The notes under the pieces: generated by a model
Database searches by the model: none
What the model was told of the DNA's origin: nothing
The model's input: only the letters and a program-made list of their open reading frames with translations
IMG/VR virus record: IMGVR_UViG_3300011335_000220
Coordinates: 1-34,431 of that record
Direction: 5' to 3' (one strand)
Length of the DNA: 34,431 nt
Source of the DNA: a virus
Lineage: Duplodnaviria; Caudoviricetes
Shown: positions 33,766-34,431 of the stretch, piece after piece
Layout of the letters: the number at the start of each line of letters is the position of its first letter
How positions within the stretch are numbered: position 1 is the first letter of the stretch
Translations under genes and position numbers: made by a program

Positions 33766-34067
33766 TAGAACGGCACATCATCCAAAGCGGCTGGCGTAGC
33801 GTAATTCTCTGGGCGGCCAATCGGTGCAGATGGCGCAAAAGAATTAAATGATGCCGGGGCATTGAGTTGTTGTTTCTCTTTCCCAATATATCCAGAAAAG
33901 TAGGCTCCCTTGGCTCCTTCTTTGTTATACATATTGAACCAATACTCGCGCCCGTCTGGCAACTTAATCGTGCCTGTCCAGTCTGCGTGTTCTTTCTCAG
34001 TCTTTTTGTTGTTTTTAAACAACTGAAAGTTGCCTACCTTTAATTCAAAAGGCTTATCGTATGCCAT
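33765..34067 (-). CDS. Small ssDNA-binding-like protein
   Basis: LFKNNKKTEKEHADWTG core; SSB-type acidic tail DDVPF. Confidence 0.65.
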   Translation of the reverse strand: MAYDKPFELKVGNFQLFKNNKKTEKEHADWTGTIKLPDGREYWFNMYNKEGAKGAYFSGYIGKEKQQLNAPASFNSFAPSAPIGRPENYATPAALDDVPF

Positions 34068-34080
34068 GGTTTATCCCTAT

Positions 34081-34251
34081 CTATGGTTGTTGGTTGAAAT
34101 CACTAATTGCTTGTACTACGGACGCAGACTCAGACATCTTCTCCGACTCCACTATTAACGCATGAATAACGGATTGTAGGGTAAACCCCTGTCTTAGCAA
34201 CCCCAGTACTACGCTATGCAATTCTTTCTGCAACTTTACTTGGTCATTCAT
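34081..34251 (-). CDS. Hypothetical protein (56 aa, absent from the track)
   Basis: GAGGAGGT RBS; MNDQVKLQKELHSVVLGLLRQGF. Confidence 0.75.
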   Translation of the reverse strand: MNDQVKLQKELHSVVLGLLRQGFTLQSVIHALIVESEKMSESASVVQAISDFNQQP

Positions 34252-34304
34252 GTAAACCTCCTCTTTTGAAAATACCTGGGAAAAATTGAGTGGTACACCC
34301 CCGA

Positions 34305-34431
34305 CCTAGTGGCTGACCGGGGGGGAGGGTATGCCGCCTTGCTGGAATCGACCCCTGGCGCTATGTGCGAGACCATCGTGCTTTCTGCGTAATACACCAC
34401 CCCTGTACCCCCGTTGCAATTCCATACGACC
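34305..34431 (+). repeat. Terminal direct repeat, copy 2
   Basis: Identical to 1-127. Confidence 0.95.

Larger units (their letters stand above)
1..34431. mobile_element. Complete podovirus-type bacteriophage genome (about 34,304 bp unit length)
   Basis: Full set of packaging, head, tail, lysis and recombination genes; no host housekeeping genes; identical 127-nt ends. Confidence 0.95.

Noticed and set aside
34177-34191. Second TAGG-N7-CCTA-like site
   Set aside because: Imperfect and inside a coding sequence; probably chance.
34305-34431. 127-bp repeat as a biological terminal repeat
   Set aside because: 127 is a common assembler k-mer length; it indicates circularity, not necessarily the virion ends.
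1-34431. tRNA genes, CRISPR arrays or stop-codon reassignment
   Set aside because: No cloverleaf or repeat-spacer pattern seen; genes tile densely under the standard code using all three stops.

Overview
The window is an apparently complete tailed-phage genome of about 34.3 kb. The first 127 nt recur exactly at 34305-34431, indicating a circular assembly. The minus strand carries a podovirus (T7-like) virion module: terminases, GNAT, portal, scaffold, capsid, tail tubular A/B, four ejection proteins, a tail fibre with three tandem adhesin/chaperone pairs, holin and lysozyme. DNA metabolism is host-dependent and lambdoid-like: HTH initiator, RusA, YqaJ exonuclease, RecT-like annealase, SSB-like protein and a small serine recombinase. 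No DNA polymerase, RNA polymerase, helicase or tyrosine integrase was recognised. A freshwater proteobacterial host is plausible but is inference only. The best leads are: (1) an ejection-block protein with an HhH-GPD glycosylase-like domain that hides a nested out-of-frame gene with its own GGAGG, a candidate injected effector/inhibitor pair; (2) a multi-stem 5' leader RNA with partly hammerhead-like topology; (3) a 12-bp operator at identical spacing in two distant promoters; (4) a capsid mRNA leader with a repeated CAUA/C internal loop; (5) an HNH gene that seems to have invaded the 3' end of a tail chaperone gene; (6) a HiPIP-like Cys protein beside the portal; (7) a GNAT next to two MGG-start paralogs. 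All family assignments come from motif recognition by eye; no searches were run.
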